From Eledone cirrhosa (lineage: Eukaryota): 64,000 nt of DNA. A program made the translations under genes and the position numbers. Positions 15,001-30,000 of this stretch are shown in pieces; the stretch's first letter is position 1, and each line of letters opens with the position of its first letter. The DNA is taken from the NCBI GenBank assembly GCA_964016885.1, contig OZ024745.1, positions 84,754,001 to 84,818,000 on the forward strand. Reading direction: 5' to 3'. Under the pieces are notes generated by a model. That model was not told where the DNA came from. It saw only the letters and a list, made by a program, of their open reading frames with translations, and did no database searches.

Positions 15001-18000
15001 AGGTTGTATTTCGTTATTTTGTGGGCCGAAATGCGAATCTCGATAATTTATGTTTGTATTATTCTCCAGACTCTAGATATTGGCCAGTTAATTTTCTTGA
15101 TGTTTTTTTTTGATTCTATTGACTGATGAATAGCTTATGTTAATTTTAATCCTTCTGTTGAGAACTCTATTCGATTTGTGATGTTTTTGCATTCTTGCAA
15201 AAGTATACACGACTGAATTCATACGCCTGATATAGGGGTTTCCCCCCTTGCCTATCCCCACGCGGGGTCAGCAATAGTCAGTCCTTGTATTAACATTGAA
15301 CTAAAAGCTGTTGAGAAAGTGGCTTACGTGTTCAATAACCTTACCAGAAGCCTGACATTATTTATGTAAGTGGACGGTACTTGATTTAGGAGCCGCAGAA
15401 ACCCATATACTGGATTTTACCAACCTTCCAGGGGTCCGGGTAAATTTTCAATACCCGAATTAGTTGATCGTTTTTTGGGGGGATATGCGAATGATTGTTT
15501 AATCATCGTCTCAGTGTGTTTGGCCTTAACCGTTTGTTATAGCTCTGGTTCATCTGAATCCTCGAGCACTTGCCGCACATCTCGAAGGTTGTTTTTCGTT
15601 GTTTCGTGGGTCCAAATGCGAATCTCGATAATTTATGTTTGTATTATTCTCCAGACTCTAGCAATTGACCAGTTAATTTTCTTGATTTTTTGAGTTGATT
15701 CTATTGACTGATGAATAGCGTATGTTAATTTTAACCCTTCTGTTGAGAACTCTATTCGATTTGTGATGTTTTTGCATTCTTGCCAAAAATATACACGACT
15801 GAATTCATACGCCTGATATAGGGGTTGCCTCCCCAGCTGATCCCCTCGTGGGTCAGCAATAGTCAGTCCTTGTATTAACATTGAACTAAAACCTGTTGAG
15901 AAAGTGGCTTCCTTGTTCAATCATCTTACCAGAAGCGTGACATTATTTATGTAAGCGGACGGTACTTGATTTAGGTGCCGCAGAAACCCATATACTGGAT
16001 TTTACCAACCTTCCTGGGGTCCGGGTAAATTTTCAATACCCGAATTATTTGATCGTTATTTTGGATATGCGAATGATTGTTTAACCATCGTCTCAGTGTG
16101 TTTGGCCTTTAACGTTTGTTATAACTCTGGTTCATCTGAATCATTGAGCACTTTCCGCACATCTCGAAGGTTGTTTTTCGTTATTTCGTGGGCCGAAATG
16201 CGAATCTCGATAATTTATGTTTGTATTATTCTCCAGACTCTAGCTATTGGCCAGTTAATTTTCATGATTTTTTTAGTTGATTCTATTGACTGATGAATAG
16301 CTTATGTTAATTTTAACCCTTCTGTTGAGAACTCTATTCGATTTGGGATGTTTTTTCATTCTTTCAAAAATATACACGACTGAATTCATACGCCTGATAT
16401 AGGGGTTGCCTCTCTTCCCGATCACCATGTGGTGTCAGCAATAGTCAGTCCTTGTATTAACATTGAACTAAAACCTGTTGAGAAAGTGGCTTCCTTGTTC
16501 AATCATCTTACCAGAAGCCTGACATTATTTATGTAAGCGGACGGTACTTGATTGTCGTGCCGCAGAAACACATATACTGGATTTTACCAACCTTCCAGGG
16601 GTCCGGGTAAATTATCAATACCCGAATTACTTGATCGTTTTTTTTGGATATGCGAATGATATTTTAACCATCGTCTCAGTGTGTTTGGCCTTTAACGTTT
16701 GTTATAGCTCTGGTTCATCTGAACCATTGTGCACTTGCCGCACATCTCGGAGGTTGTTTTTCGTTATTTCGTGGGCCGAAATGCGAATCTCGATAATTTA
16801 TGTTTGTATTATTCTCCAGACTCTAGCTATTGACCAGTTAATTTTCTTGATTTTTTTAGTTGATTCTATTGACTGATGAATAGCTTATGTTAATTTTAAC
16901 CCTTCTGTTGAGAACTCTATTCGATTTGTGATGTTTTTGCATTCTTGCAAAAATATACACGATTGAATTTATACGCCTGATATAGGGGTTTCCTCCCTTG
17001 CCGATCCCCACGTGGGGTCAGCAATAGTCAGTCCTTGTATTAACATTGAACTAAAAGCTGTTGAGAAAGTGGCTTCCTTGTTCAATCATCTTACCAGCTG
17101 GCTGACGTTATTTATGTAAGCGGACGGTACTTGATTTAGGTGCCGCAGAAACCCATATACTGGATTTTACAAACCTTCCATGGGTCCGGGTAAATTTTCA
17201 ATACCCGAATTACTTGATCTTTATTTTGGATATGCGAATGATTTTTTAACCATCGTCTCAGTGTGATTGACCATTAACGTTTGTTATAGATCTGGTTCAT
17301 CTGAATCCTCGAGCACTTGCCGCACATCTCGAAGGTTGTTTCTCGTTATTTCGTGGGCCGAAATGCGAATTTCGATAATATATATTTTTGTATTATTCTT
17401 CAGACTCTAGCAATTGACCAGTTAATTTTCTTGATTTTTTTAGTTGATTCTAAAGACTGAGTAATAGATTATGTTAATGTTAACCCTTCTGTTGAAAACT
17501 CTATAGGATTTGGGATCTTTTTGCATTCTTGCAAAAATATACACGACTGAATTCATACGCCTGATATAGGGGTTTCCTCCCTTGCCGATCCCCACGTGGG
17601 GTCAGCAATAGTCAGTCCTTGTATTAACATTGAACTAAAACCTGTTGAGAAAGTGGCTTCCTTGTTCAATCATCTTACCAGCTGGCTGACATTATTTATG
17701 TAAGCGGACGGTACTTGATTTAGGTGCCGCAGAAACCCATATATTGGATTTTACCAACATTCCAGGGGTCCCGGTAAATTTTCAGTATCCGAATTACTTG
17801 ATCGTTTTTTTGGATATGCGAATGATTGTTTAACCATCGTCTCAGTGTGTTTGGCCTTTAACGTTTGTTATAGCTCTGGTTCATCTGAATCATTGTGCAC
17901 TTGCCGCACATCTCGGAGGTTGTTTTTCGTTATTTCGTGGGCCGAAATGCGAATCTCGATAATTTATGTTTGTATTATTCTCCAGACTCTAGCTATTGAT

Positions 18001-21000
18001 CAGCTAATTTTCTTGATTTTTTTAGTTGATTCTATTGACTGATGAATAGCTTATGTTAATTTTAACCCTTCTGTTGAGAACTCTATTCGATTTGGGATGT
18101 TTTTGCATTCTTGCAAAAATATACACAACTGAATTCATTCGCCTGATATAGGTGTTGCCTCCCTTGCCGAACCCACGTGGGGTCAGCAATAGTCAGTCCT
18201 TGTATTAACATTGAACTAAAACCTGTTGAGAAAGTGGCTTCCTTGTTCAATCATCTTACCAGAAGCCTGACATTATTTATGTAAGCGGACGGTATTTAAT
18301 TTAGGTGCCGCAGAAACCCATATACTGGATTTTACCAACCTTCCAGGGGTCCGGGTAAATTTTCAATACCCGAATTACTTGATCGTTTTTTTGAATATGC
18401 GAATGATTGTTTAACCATCGTCTCAGTTTGTTTGGCCTTTACCGTTTGTTATAGCTCTGGTTAATCTGAATCCTCGAGCACTTGCCGCACATGTCGAAGG
18501 TTGTTTTTCGTTATTTCGTGGGCCGAAATGCGAATCTCGATAATTTATGTTTGTATTATTCTCCAGACTCTAGCAATTGACCAGTTAATTTTTTTGATTT
18601 TTTTAGTTGATTCTATTGACTGATGAATAGCTTATGTTAATTTTAACCCTTCTGTTGAGAACTCTATTCGATTTGTGATGTTTTTGCATTCTTCCAAAAT
18701 TATACACGACTGAATTCATACGCCTGATATAGGGGTTTCCTCCCTTGCCGATCCCCACGTGGGGTCAGCAATAGTCAGTCCTTGTATTAACATTGAACTA
18801 AAACCTGTTGAGAAAGTGGCTTCCGTTTTCAATCATCTTACCAGAAGCCTGACATTATTTATGTAAGCGGACGGTACTTGATTTAGGAGCCGCAGAAACC
18901 CATATACTGGATTTCACCAACCTTCCAGGGGTCCGGGTAAATTTTCAATACCCGAATTACTTGATCGCTTTTTTTTGGATATGCGAATGATTGTTTAACC
19001 ATCGTCTCAGTGTGTTTGGCATTTACCGTTTGTCATAGCTCTGGTTCATCTGAATCCTCGGGCACTTGCCGCACATCTCGAAGGTTGTTTTTCGTTATTT
19101 CGTGGGCCGAAATGCGAATCTCGATAATTTATGTTTGTATTATTCTCCAGACTCTTGCAATTGACCAGTTAATTTTCTTGATTTTTTTAGTTGATTCTAT
19201 TGACTGATGAATAGCTTATGTTAATTTTAACCCTTCTGTTGAAAACTCTATTCGATTTGTGATGTTTTTGCATTCTTGCAAAAATATACACGACTGAATT
19301 CATACGCCTGATATAGGTGTTTCCTCCCTTGCCGATCCCCACGTGGGGTCAGCAATAGTCAGTCCTTGTATTAACATTGAACTAAAACCTGTTGAGAAAG
19401 TGGCTTCCTTGTTCAATCATCTTACCAGCTGGCTGACGTTATTTATGTAAGCGGACGGTACTTGATTTAGGTGCCGCAGAAACCCATATACTGGATTTTA
19501 CCAACCTTCCAGGGATCCGGGTAAATTTTCAATACCCGAATTACTTGATCTTTATTTTGGATATGCGAATGATTTTATAACCATCGTCTCAGTGTGATTG
19601 ACCTTTAACGTTTGTTATAGCTCTGGTTCATCTGAATCCTCGAGCACTTGCCGCACATCTCGAAGGTTGTTTTTCGTTATTTCGTGGGCCGAAATGCGAA
19701 TCTCGATAATTTATGTTTGTATTATTCTCCATACTCTAGCTATTGATCAGTTAATTTTCTTAATTTTTTTAGTTGATTCTATTGACTGATGAATAGCTTA
19801 TGTTAATTTTAACCCTTCTGTTGAGAACTCTATTCGATTTGTGATGTTTTTGCATTATTACAAAAATATACACGATTGAATTTATACGCCTGATATAGGG
19901 GTTTCCTCCCTTGCCGATCCCCACGTGGGGTCAGCAATAGTCAGTCCTTGTATTAACATTGAACTAAAACCTGTTGAGAAAGTGGCTTCCTTGTTCAATC
20001 ATCTTACCAGCTGGCTGACATTATTTATGTAAGCGGACGGTACTTGATTTAGGAGCCGCAGAACCCATATACTGGATTTTACCAACCTTCCAGGGGTCCG
20101 GGTAAATTTTCAATACCCGAATTACTTCATCGCTTTTTTTTGGATATGCGAATGATTGTTTAACCATCGTCTCAGTGTGTTTGGCATTTACCGTTTGGCA
20201 TAGCTCTGGTTCATCTGAATCCTCGGGCACTTGCCGCACATCTCGAAGGTTGTTTTCCGTTATTTCGTGGGCCGAAATGCGAATCTCGATAATTTATGTT
20301 TGTATTATTCTCCAGACTCTAGCTATTGATCAGTTAATTTTCTTGATTTTTTTAGTTGATTCTATTGACTGATGAATAGCTTATGTTAATTTTAACCCTT
20401 CTGTTGAGAACTCTATTCGATTTGGGATGTTTCTGCATTCTTGCAAAAATATACACAACTGAATTCATTCGCCTGATATAGGTGTTGCCTCCCTTGCCGA
20501 ACCCACGTGGGGTCAGCAATAGTCAGTCCTTGTATTAACATTGAACTAAAACCTGTTGAGAAAGTGGCTTCCTTGTTCAATCATCTTACCAGAAGCCTGA
20601 CATTATTTATATAATCGGACGGTACTTGATTTAGGTGCCGCAGAAACCCATATACTGGATTTTACCAACCTTTCAGGGGTCCGGGTAAATTTTCAATACC
20701 CGAATTACTTGATCGTTTTTTTGGATATGCGAATGATTGTTTAACCATCGTCTCAGTGTGTTTGGCCTTTACCGTTTGTTATAGCTCTGGTTCATGTGAA
20801 TCCTCGAGCACTTGCCGCACATGTCGAAGGTTGTTTTTCGTTATTTCGTGGGCCGAAATGCGAATCTCGATAATTTATGTTTGTATTATTCTCGAGACTC
20901 TAGCAATTGACCAGTTAATTTTTTTGATTTTTTTAGTTGATTCTATTGACTGATGAATAGCTTATGTTAATTTTAACCCTTCTGTTGAGAACTCTATTCG

Positions 21001-24000
21001 ATTTGTGATGTTTTTGCATTATTACAAAAATATACACGATTGAATTTATACGCCTGATATAGGGGTTTCCTCCCTTGCCGATCCCCACGTGGGGTCAGCA
21101 ATAGTCAGTCCTTGTATTAACATTGAACTAAAACCTGTTGAGAAACTGGCTTCCTTGTTCAATCATCTTACCAGCTGGCTGACGTTATTTATGTAAGCGG
21201 ACGGTACTTGATTTAGGTGCCGCAGAAACCCATATACTGGATTTTACCAACCTTCCAGGGATCCGGGTAAATTTTCAATACCCGAATTACTTGATCTTTA
21301 TTTTGGATATCCGAATGATTTTTTAACCATCGTCTCAGTGTGATTGACCTTTAACGTTTGTTATAGCTCTGGTTCATCTGAATCCTCGAGCACTTGCCGC
21401 ACATCTCGAAGGTTGTTTTTCGTTATTTCGTGGGCCGAAATGCGAATTTCGATAATATATGTTTGTATTATTCTTCAGACTCTAGCAATTGACCAGTTAA
21501 TTTTCTTGATTTTTTTTAGTTGATTCTATTGACTGAGTAATAGCTTATGTTAATTTTAACCCTTCTGTTGAAAACTCTATTCGATTTGTGATGTTTTTGC
21601 ATTCTTGCAAAAATATACACGACTGAATTCATACGCCTGATATAGGGGTTTCCTCCCTTGCCGATCCCCACGTGGGGTCAGCAATAGTCAGTCCTTGTAT
21701 TAACATTGAACTAAAACCTGTTGAGAAAGTGGTTTCCTTGTTCAATCATCTTACCAGGTGGCTGACGTTATTTATGTAAGCGGACGGTACTTGATTTAGG
21801 TGCCGCAGAAACACATATACTGGATTTTACCAACCTTCCAGGGGTCCGGGTAAATTTTCAATACCCGAATTACTTGATCTTTATTTTGGATATGCGAATG
21901 ATTTTTTAACCATCGTCTCAGTGTGATTGACCTTTAACGTTTGTTATAGCTCTGGTTCATCTGAATCCTCGAGCACTTGCCGCACATCTCGAAAGTTGTT
22001 TTTCGTTATTTCGTGGGCCGAAATGCGAATTTCGATAATATATGTTTGTATTATTCTTCAGACTCTAGCAATTGACCAGTTAATTTTCTTGATTTTTTTA
22101 GTTGATTCTATTGACTGAGTAATAGCTTATGTTTATTTTAACCCTTCTGTTGAAAACTCTATTCGATTTGTGATGTTTTTGCATTCTTGCAAAAATATAC
22201 ACGACTGAATTCATACGCCTGATATAGGGGTTTCCTCCCTTGCCGATCCCCACGTGGGGTCAGCAATAGTCAGTCCTTGTATTAACATTGAACTAAAACC
22301 TGTTGAGAAAGTGGCTTCCTTGTTCAATCATCTTACCAGAATCCTGACATTATTTATGTAAGCGGACGGTACTTGATTTAGGAGCCGCAGAAACCCATAT
22401 ACTGGATTTTACTAACCTTCCAGGGATCCGGGTAAATTTTCAATACCCGAATTACTTGATCGTTTTTTTTGGACTTGCGAATGATTGTTTAACCATCGTC
22501 TCAGTGTGTTTGGCCTTTACCGTTTGTTATAGCTCTGGTTCATCTGAATCCTCGAGCACTTGCCGCACATCTGGAAGGTTGTTTTTCGTTATTTCGTGGG
22601 CCGAAATGCGAATCTCGATAATTTATGTTTGTATTATTCTCCAGACTCTAGCTATTGATCAGTTAATTTTCTTGATTTTTTTAGTTAATTCTATTGACTG
22701 ATGAATAGCTTATGTTAATTTTAACCCTTCTGTTGAGAACTCTATTCGATTTGTGATGTTTTTGCATTATTACAAAAATATACACGATTGAATTTATACG
22801 CCTGATATAGGGGTTTCCTCCCTTGCCGATCCCCACGTGGGGTCAGCAATAGTCAGTCCTTGTATTAACATTGAACTAAAACCTGTTGAGAAAGTGGCTT
22901 CCTTGTTCAATCATCTTACCAGCTGGCTGACGTTATTTATGTAAGCGGACGGTACTTGATTTAGGTGCCGCAGAAACCCATATACTGGATTTTACCAACC
23001 TTCCAGGGATCTGGTAAATTTTCAATACCCGAATTACTTGATCTTTATTTTGGATATGCGAATGATTTTTTAACCATCGTCTCAGTGTGATTGACCTTTA
23101 ACGTTTGTTATAGCTCTGGTTCATCTGAATCCACGAGCACTTGCCGCACATCTCGAAGGTTGTTTTTCGTTATTTCGTGGGCCGAAATGCGAATTTCGAT
23201 AATATATGTTTGTATTATTCTTCAGACTCTAGCAATTGACCAGTTAATTTTCTTGATTTTTTTAGTTGATTCTATTGACTGATGAATAGCTTATGTTAAT
23301 TTTAACCCTTCTGTTGAGAACTCTATTCGATTTGTGATGTTTTTGCATTGTTACAAAAATATACACGATTGAATTTATACGCCTGATATAGGGGTTTCCT
23401 CCCTTGCCGATCCCCACGTGGGGTCAGCAATAGTCAGTCCTTGTATTAACATTGAACTAAAACCTGTTGAGAAAGTGGCTTCCTTGTTCAATCATCTTAC
23501 CAGAAGCCTGACATTATTTATGTAAGCGGACGGTACTTGATTTAGGTGCCGCAGAAACCCATATATTGGATTTTACCAACATTCCAGGGGTCCTGGTAAA
23601 TTTTCAATACCCGAATTACTTGATCGTTTTTTCGGATATGCGAATGATTGTTTAACCATCGTCTCTGTGTGTTTGGCCTTTACCGTTTGTTATAGCTCTG
23701 GTTCATGTGAATCCTCGAGCACTTGCCGCACATGTCGAAGGTTGTTTTTCGTTATTTCGTGGGCCGAAATGCGAATCTCGATAATTTATGTTTGTATTAT
23801 TCTCCAGACTCTAGCAATTGACCAGTTAATTTTTTGATTTTTTTAGTTGATTCTATTGACTGATGAATAGCTTATGTTAATTTTAACCCTTCTGTTGAGA
23901 ACTCTATTCGATTTGTGATGTTTTTGCATTATTACAAAAATATACACGATTGAATTTATACGCCTGATATAGGGGTTTCCTCCCTTGCCGATCCCCACGT

Positions 24001-27000
24001 GGGGTCAGCAATAGTCAGTCCTTGTATTAACATTGAACTAAAACCTGTTGAGAAAGTGGCTTCCTTGTTCAATCATCTTACCAGCTGGCTGACGTTATTT
24101 ATGTAAGCGGACGGTACTTGATTTAGGTGCCGCAGAAACCCATATACTGGATTTTACCAACCTTCCAGGGATCTGGTAAATTTTCAATACCCGAATTACT
24201 TGATCTTTATTTTGGATATGCGAATGATTTTTTAACCATCGTCTCAGTGTGATTGACCTTTAACGTTTGTTATAGCTCTGGTTCATCTGAATCCACGAGC
24301 ACTTGCCGCACATCTCGAAGGTTGTTTTTCGTTATTTCGTGGGCCGAAATGCGAATTTCGATAATATATGTTTGTATTATTCTTCAGACTCTAGCAATTG
24401 ACCAGTTAATTTTCTTGATTTTTTTAGTTGATTCTATTGACTGATGAATAGCTTATGTTAATTTTAACCCTTCTGTTGAGAACTCTATTCGATTTGTGAT
24501 GTTTTTGCATTATTACAAAAATATACACGATTGAATTTATACGCCTGATATAGGGGTTTCCTCCCTTGCCGATCCCCACGTGGGGTCAGCAATAGTCAGT
24601 CCTTGTATTAACATTGAACTAAAACCTGTTGAGAAAGTGGCTTCCTTGTTCAATCATCTTACCAGAAGCCTGACATTATTTATGTAAGCGGACGGTACTT
24701 GATTTAGGTGCCGCAGAAACCCATATATTGGATTTTACCAACATTCCAGGGGTCCTGGTAAATTTTCAATACCCGAATTACTTGATCGTTTTTTCGGATA
24801 TGCGAATGATTGTTTAACCATCGTCTCTGTGTGTTTGGCCTTTACCGTTTGTTATAGCTCTGGTTCATGTGAATCCTCGAGCACTTGCCGCACATGTCGA
24901 AGGTTGTTTTTCGTTATTTCGTGGGCCGAAATGCGAATCTCGATAATTTATGTTTGTATTATTCTCCAGACTCTAGCAATTGACCAGTTAATTTTTTGAT
25001 TTTTTTAGTTGATTCTATTGACTGATGAATAGCTTATGTTAATTTTAACCCTTCTGTTGAGAACTCTATTCGATTTGTGATGTTTTTGCATTATTACAAA
25101 AATATACACGATTGAATTTATACGCCTGATATAGGGGTTTCCTCCCTTGCCGATCCCCACGTGGGGTCAGCAATAGTCAGTCCTTGTATTAACATTGAAC
25201 TAAAACCTGTTGAGAAAGTGGCTTTCTTGTTCAATCATCTTACCAGCTGGCTGACGTTATTTATGTAAGCGGACGGTACTTGATTTAGGTGCCGCAGAAA
25301 CCCATATACTGGATTTTACCAACCTTCCAGGGATCCGGGTAAAATTTCAATACCCGAATTACTTGATCTTTATTTTCGATATGCGAATGATTTTTGAACC
25401 ATCGTCTCAGTGTGATTGACCTTTAACGTTTGTTATAGCTCTGGTTCATCTGAATCCTCGAGCACTTGCCGCACACCTCGAAGGTTGTTTTTCGTTATTT
25501 CGTGGGCCGAAATGCGAATTTCGATAATATATGTTTGTATTATTCTTAAGACTCTAGCAACTGACCAGTTAATTTTCTTGATTTTTTTAGTTGATTCTAT
25601 TGACTGAGTAATAGCTTATGTTAATTTTAACCCTTCTGTTGAAAACTCTATTCGATTTGTGATGTTTTTGCATTCTTGCAAAAATATACACGACTGAATT
25701 CATACGCCTGATATAGGGGTTTCCTCCCTTGCCGATCCCCACGTGGGGTCAGCAATAGTCAGTCCTTGTATTAACATTGAACTAAAACCTGTTGAGAAAG
25801 TGGCTTCCGTTTTCAATCATCTTACCAGAAGCCTGACATTATTTATGTAAGCGGACGGTACTTGATTTAGGAGCCGCAGAAACCCATATACTGGATTTTA
25901 CCAACCTTCCAGGGGTCCGGGTAAATTTTCAATACCCGAATTACTTGATCTTTATTTTGGATATGCGAATGATTGTTTAACCATCGTCTCAGTGTGTTTG
26001 GCATTTACCGTTTGTAATAGCTCTGGTTCATCTGAATCCTCGTGCACTTGCCGCACATCTCGAAGGTTGTTTTTCGTTATTTCGTGGGCCGAAATGCGAA
26101 TCTCGATAATTTATGTTTGTATTATTCTCCAGACTCTAGCTATTGATCAGTTAATTTTCTTAATTTTTTTAGTTGATTCTATTGACTGATGAATAACTTA
26201 TGTTAATTTTAACCCTTCTGTTGAGAACTCTATTCGATTTGTGATGTTTTTGGATTATTGCAAAAATATACACAACTGAATTCATTCGCCTGATATAGGT
26301 GTTGCCTCCCTTGCCGAACCCACGTGGGGTCAGCAATAGTCAGTCCTTGTATTAACATTGAACTAAAACCTGTTGAGAAAGTGGCTTCCTTCTTCAATCA
26401 TCTTACCAGAAGCCTGACATTATTTATGTAAGCGGACGGTACTTGATTTAGGTGCCGCAGAAACCCATATATTGGATTTTACCAGCATTCCAGGGCTCCC
26501 GGTAAATTTTCAGTACCCGAATTACTTGATCGTTTTTTTGGATATGCGAATGATTGTTTAACCATCGTCTCAGTGTGTTTGGCCTTTAACGTTTGTTATA
26601 GCTCTGGTTCATCTGAATCATTGTGCACTTGCCGCACATCTCGGAGGTTGTTTTTCGTTATTTCGTGGGCCGAAATGCGAATCTCGATAATTTATGTTTG
26701 TATTATTCTCCAGACTCTAGCTATTGATCAGTTAATTTTCTTGATTTTTTAAGTTGATTCTATTGACTGATGAATAGCTTATGTTAATTTTAACCCTTCT
26801 GTTGAGAACTCTATTCGATTTGGGATGTTTTGGCATTCTTGCAAAAATATACACAACTGAATTCATTCGCCTGATATAGGTGTTGCCTCCCTTGCCGAAC
26901 CCACGTGGGGTCAGCAATAGTCAGTCCTTGTATTAACATTGAACTAAAACCTGTTGAGAAAGTGGCTTCCTTGTTCTTACCAGAAGCCTGACATTATTTA

Positions 27001-30000
27001 TGTAAGCGGACGGTACTTGATTTAGGTGCCGCAGAAACCCATATACTGGATTTTACCAACCTTCCAGGGGTCCGGGTAAATTTTCAATACCCGAATTACT
27101 TGATCGTTTTTTTGGATATGCGAATGATTGTTTAACCATCGTCTCAGTGTGTTTGGCCTTTACCGTTTGTTATAGCTCTGGTTCATGTGAATCCTCGAGC
27201 ACTTGCCGCACATGTCGAAGGTTGTTTTTCGTTATTTCGTGGGCCGAAATGCGAATCTCGATAAATTATGTTTGTATTATTCTCCAGACTCTAGCAATTG
27301 ACCAGTTAATTTTTTTGATTTTTTTAGTTGATTCTATTGACTGATGAATAGCTTATGTCAATTTTAACCCTTCTGTTGACAACTCTATTCGATTTGTGAT
27401 GTTTTTGCATTCTTGCAAAAATATACACGACTGAATTCATACGCCTGATATAGGGGTTTCCTCCCTTGCCGATCCCCACGTGGGGTCAGCAATAGTCAGT
27501 CCTTGTATTAACATTGAACTAAAACCTGTTGAGAAAGTGGCTTCCTTGTTCAATCATCTTACCAGAAGCCTGACATTATTTATGTAAGCGGACGGTACTT
27601 GATTTAGGAGCCGCAGAAACCCATATACTGGATTTTACCAACCTTCCAGGGGTCCGGGTAAATTTTCAATACCCGAATTACTTGATCGTTTTTTTTGGGA
27701 CTTGCGAATGATTGTTTAACCATCGTCTCAGTGTGTTTGGCCTTTACCGTTTGTTATAGCTCTGGTTCATCTGAATCCTCGAGCACTTTCCGCACATCTG
27801 GAAGGTTGTTTTTCGTTATTTCGTGGGCCGAAATGCGAATCTCGATAATTTATGTTTGTATTATTCTCCAGACTCTAGCTATTGATCAGTTAATTTTCTT
27901 GATTTTTTTAGTTAATTCTATTAACTGATGAATAGCTTATGTTAATTTTAACCCTTCTGTTAATTTTAACTCTATTCGATTTGGGATGTTTTTGCATTCT
28001 TGCAAAAATATACACAACTGAATTCATTCGCCTGATATAGGTGTTGCCTCCCTTGCCGAACCCACGTGGGGTCAGCAATAGTCAGTCCTTGTATTAACAT
28101 TGAACTAAAACCTGTTGAGAAAGTGGCTTCCTTGTTCAATCATCTTACCAGAAGCCTGACATTATTTATGTGAGCGGACGCTACTTGATTTAGGACCCGC
28201 AGAAACCCATATACTGGATTTTACCAATTTTCCAGGGGTTCGGGTAAATTTTCAATACCCGAATTACTTGATCTTTATTTTGGATATGCGAATGATTTTT
28301 TAACCATCGTCTCAGTGTGTTTGACCTTTAACGTTTGTTATAGCTCTGGTTCATCTGAATCGTCGAGCACTGCCGCACATCTCGAAGGTTGCTTTTCGTT
28401 ATTTCGTGGGCCGAAATGCGAATTTCGATAATATATGTTTGTATTATTCTTAAGACTTTAGCAATTGACCAGTTAATTTTCTTGATTTTTTTAGTTGATT
28501 CTATTGACTGAGTAATAGCTTATGTTAATTTTAACCCTTCTGTTGAAAACTCTATTCGATTTGTGATGTTTTTGCATTCTTGCAAAAATATACACGACTG
28601 AATTCATACGCCTGATATAGGGGTTTCCTCCCTTGCCGATCCCCACGTGGGGTCAGCAATAGTCAGTCCTTGTATTAACATTGAACTAAAACCTGTTGAG
28701 AAAGTGGCTTCCGTTTTCAATCATCTTACCAGAAGCCTGACATTATTTATGTAAGCGGACGGTACTTGATTTAGGAGCCGCAGAAACACATATACTGGAT
28801 TTTACCAACCTTCCAGGGGTCCGGGTAAATTTTCAATACCCGAATTACTTGATCGCTTTTTTTGGATATGCGAATGATTGTTTAACCATCGTCTCAGTGT
28901 ATTTGGCATTTACCGTTTGTCATAGCTCTGGTTCATCTGAATCCTCGGGCACTTGCCGCACATCTCGAAGGTTGTTTTTCGTTATTTCGTGGGCCGAAAT
29001 GCGAATCTCGATAATTTATGTTTGTATTATTCTCCAGACCCTAGCTATTGATCAGTTAATTTTCTTAATTTTTTTAGTTGATTCTATTGACTGATGAATA
29101 GCTTATGTTAATTTTAACCCTTCTGTTGAGAACTCTATTCGATTTGGGATGTTTTTGGATTCTTGCAAAAATATACACAACTGAATTCATTCGCCTGATA
29201 TAGGTGTTGCCTCCCTTGCCGAACCCACGTGGGGTCAGCAATAGTCAGTCCTTGTATTAACATTGAACTAAAACCTGTTGAGAAAGTGGCTTCCTTGTTC
29301 AATCATCTTACCAGAAGCCTGACATTATTTATGTAAGCGGACGGTACTTGATTTAGGTGCCGCAGAAACCCATATATTGGATTTTACCAACATTCCAGGG
29401 GTCCGGGTAAATTTTCAATACCCGAATTACTTGATCGTTTTTTTGGATATGCGAATGATTGTTTAACCATCGTCTCAGTGTGTTTGGCCTTTACCGTTTG
29501 TTATAGCTCTGGTTCATGTGAATCCTCGAGCACTTGCCGCACATGTCGAAGGTTGTTTTTCGTTATTTCGTGGGCCGAAATGCGAATCTCGATAATTTAT
29601 GTTTGTATTATTCTCCAGACTCTAGCAATTGACCAGTTAATCTTTTTGATTTTTTTAGTTGATTCTATTGACTGATGAATAGCTTATGTTAATTTTAACC
29701 CTTCTGTTGAGAACTCTATTCGATTTGTGATGTTTTTGCATACTTACAAAAATATACACGATTGAATTTATACGCCTGATATAGGGGTTTCCTCCCTTGC
29801 CGATCCCCACGTGGGTCAGCAATAGTCAGTCCTTGTATTAACATTGAACTAAAACCTGTTGAGAAAGTGGCTTCCTTGTTCAATCATCTTACCAGCTGGC
29901 TGACGTTATTTATGTAAGCGGACGGTACTTGATTTAGGTGCCGCAGAAACCCATATACTGGATTTTACCAATTTTCCAGGGGTTCGGGTAAATTTTCAAC

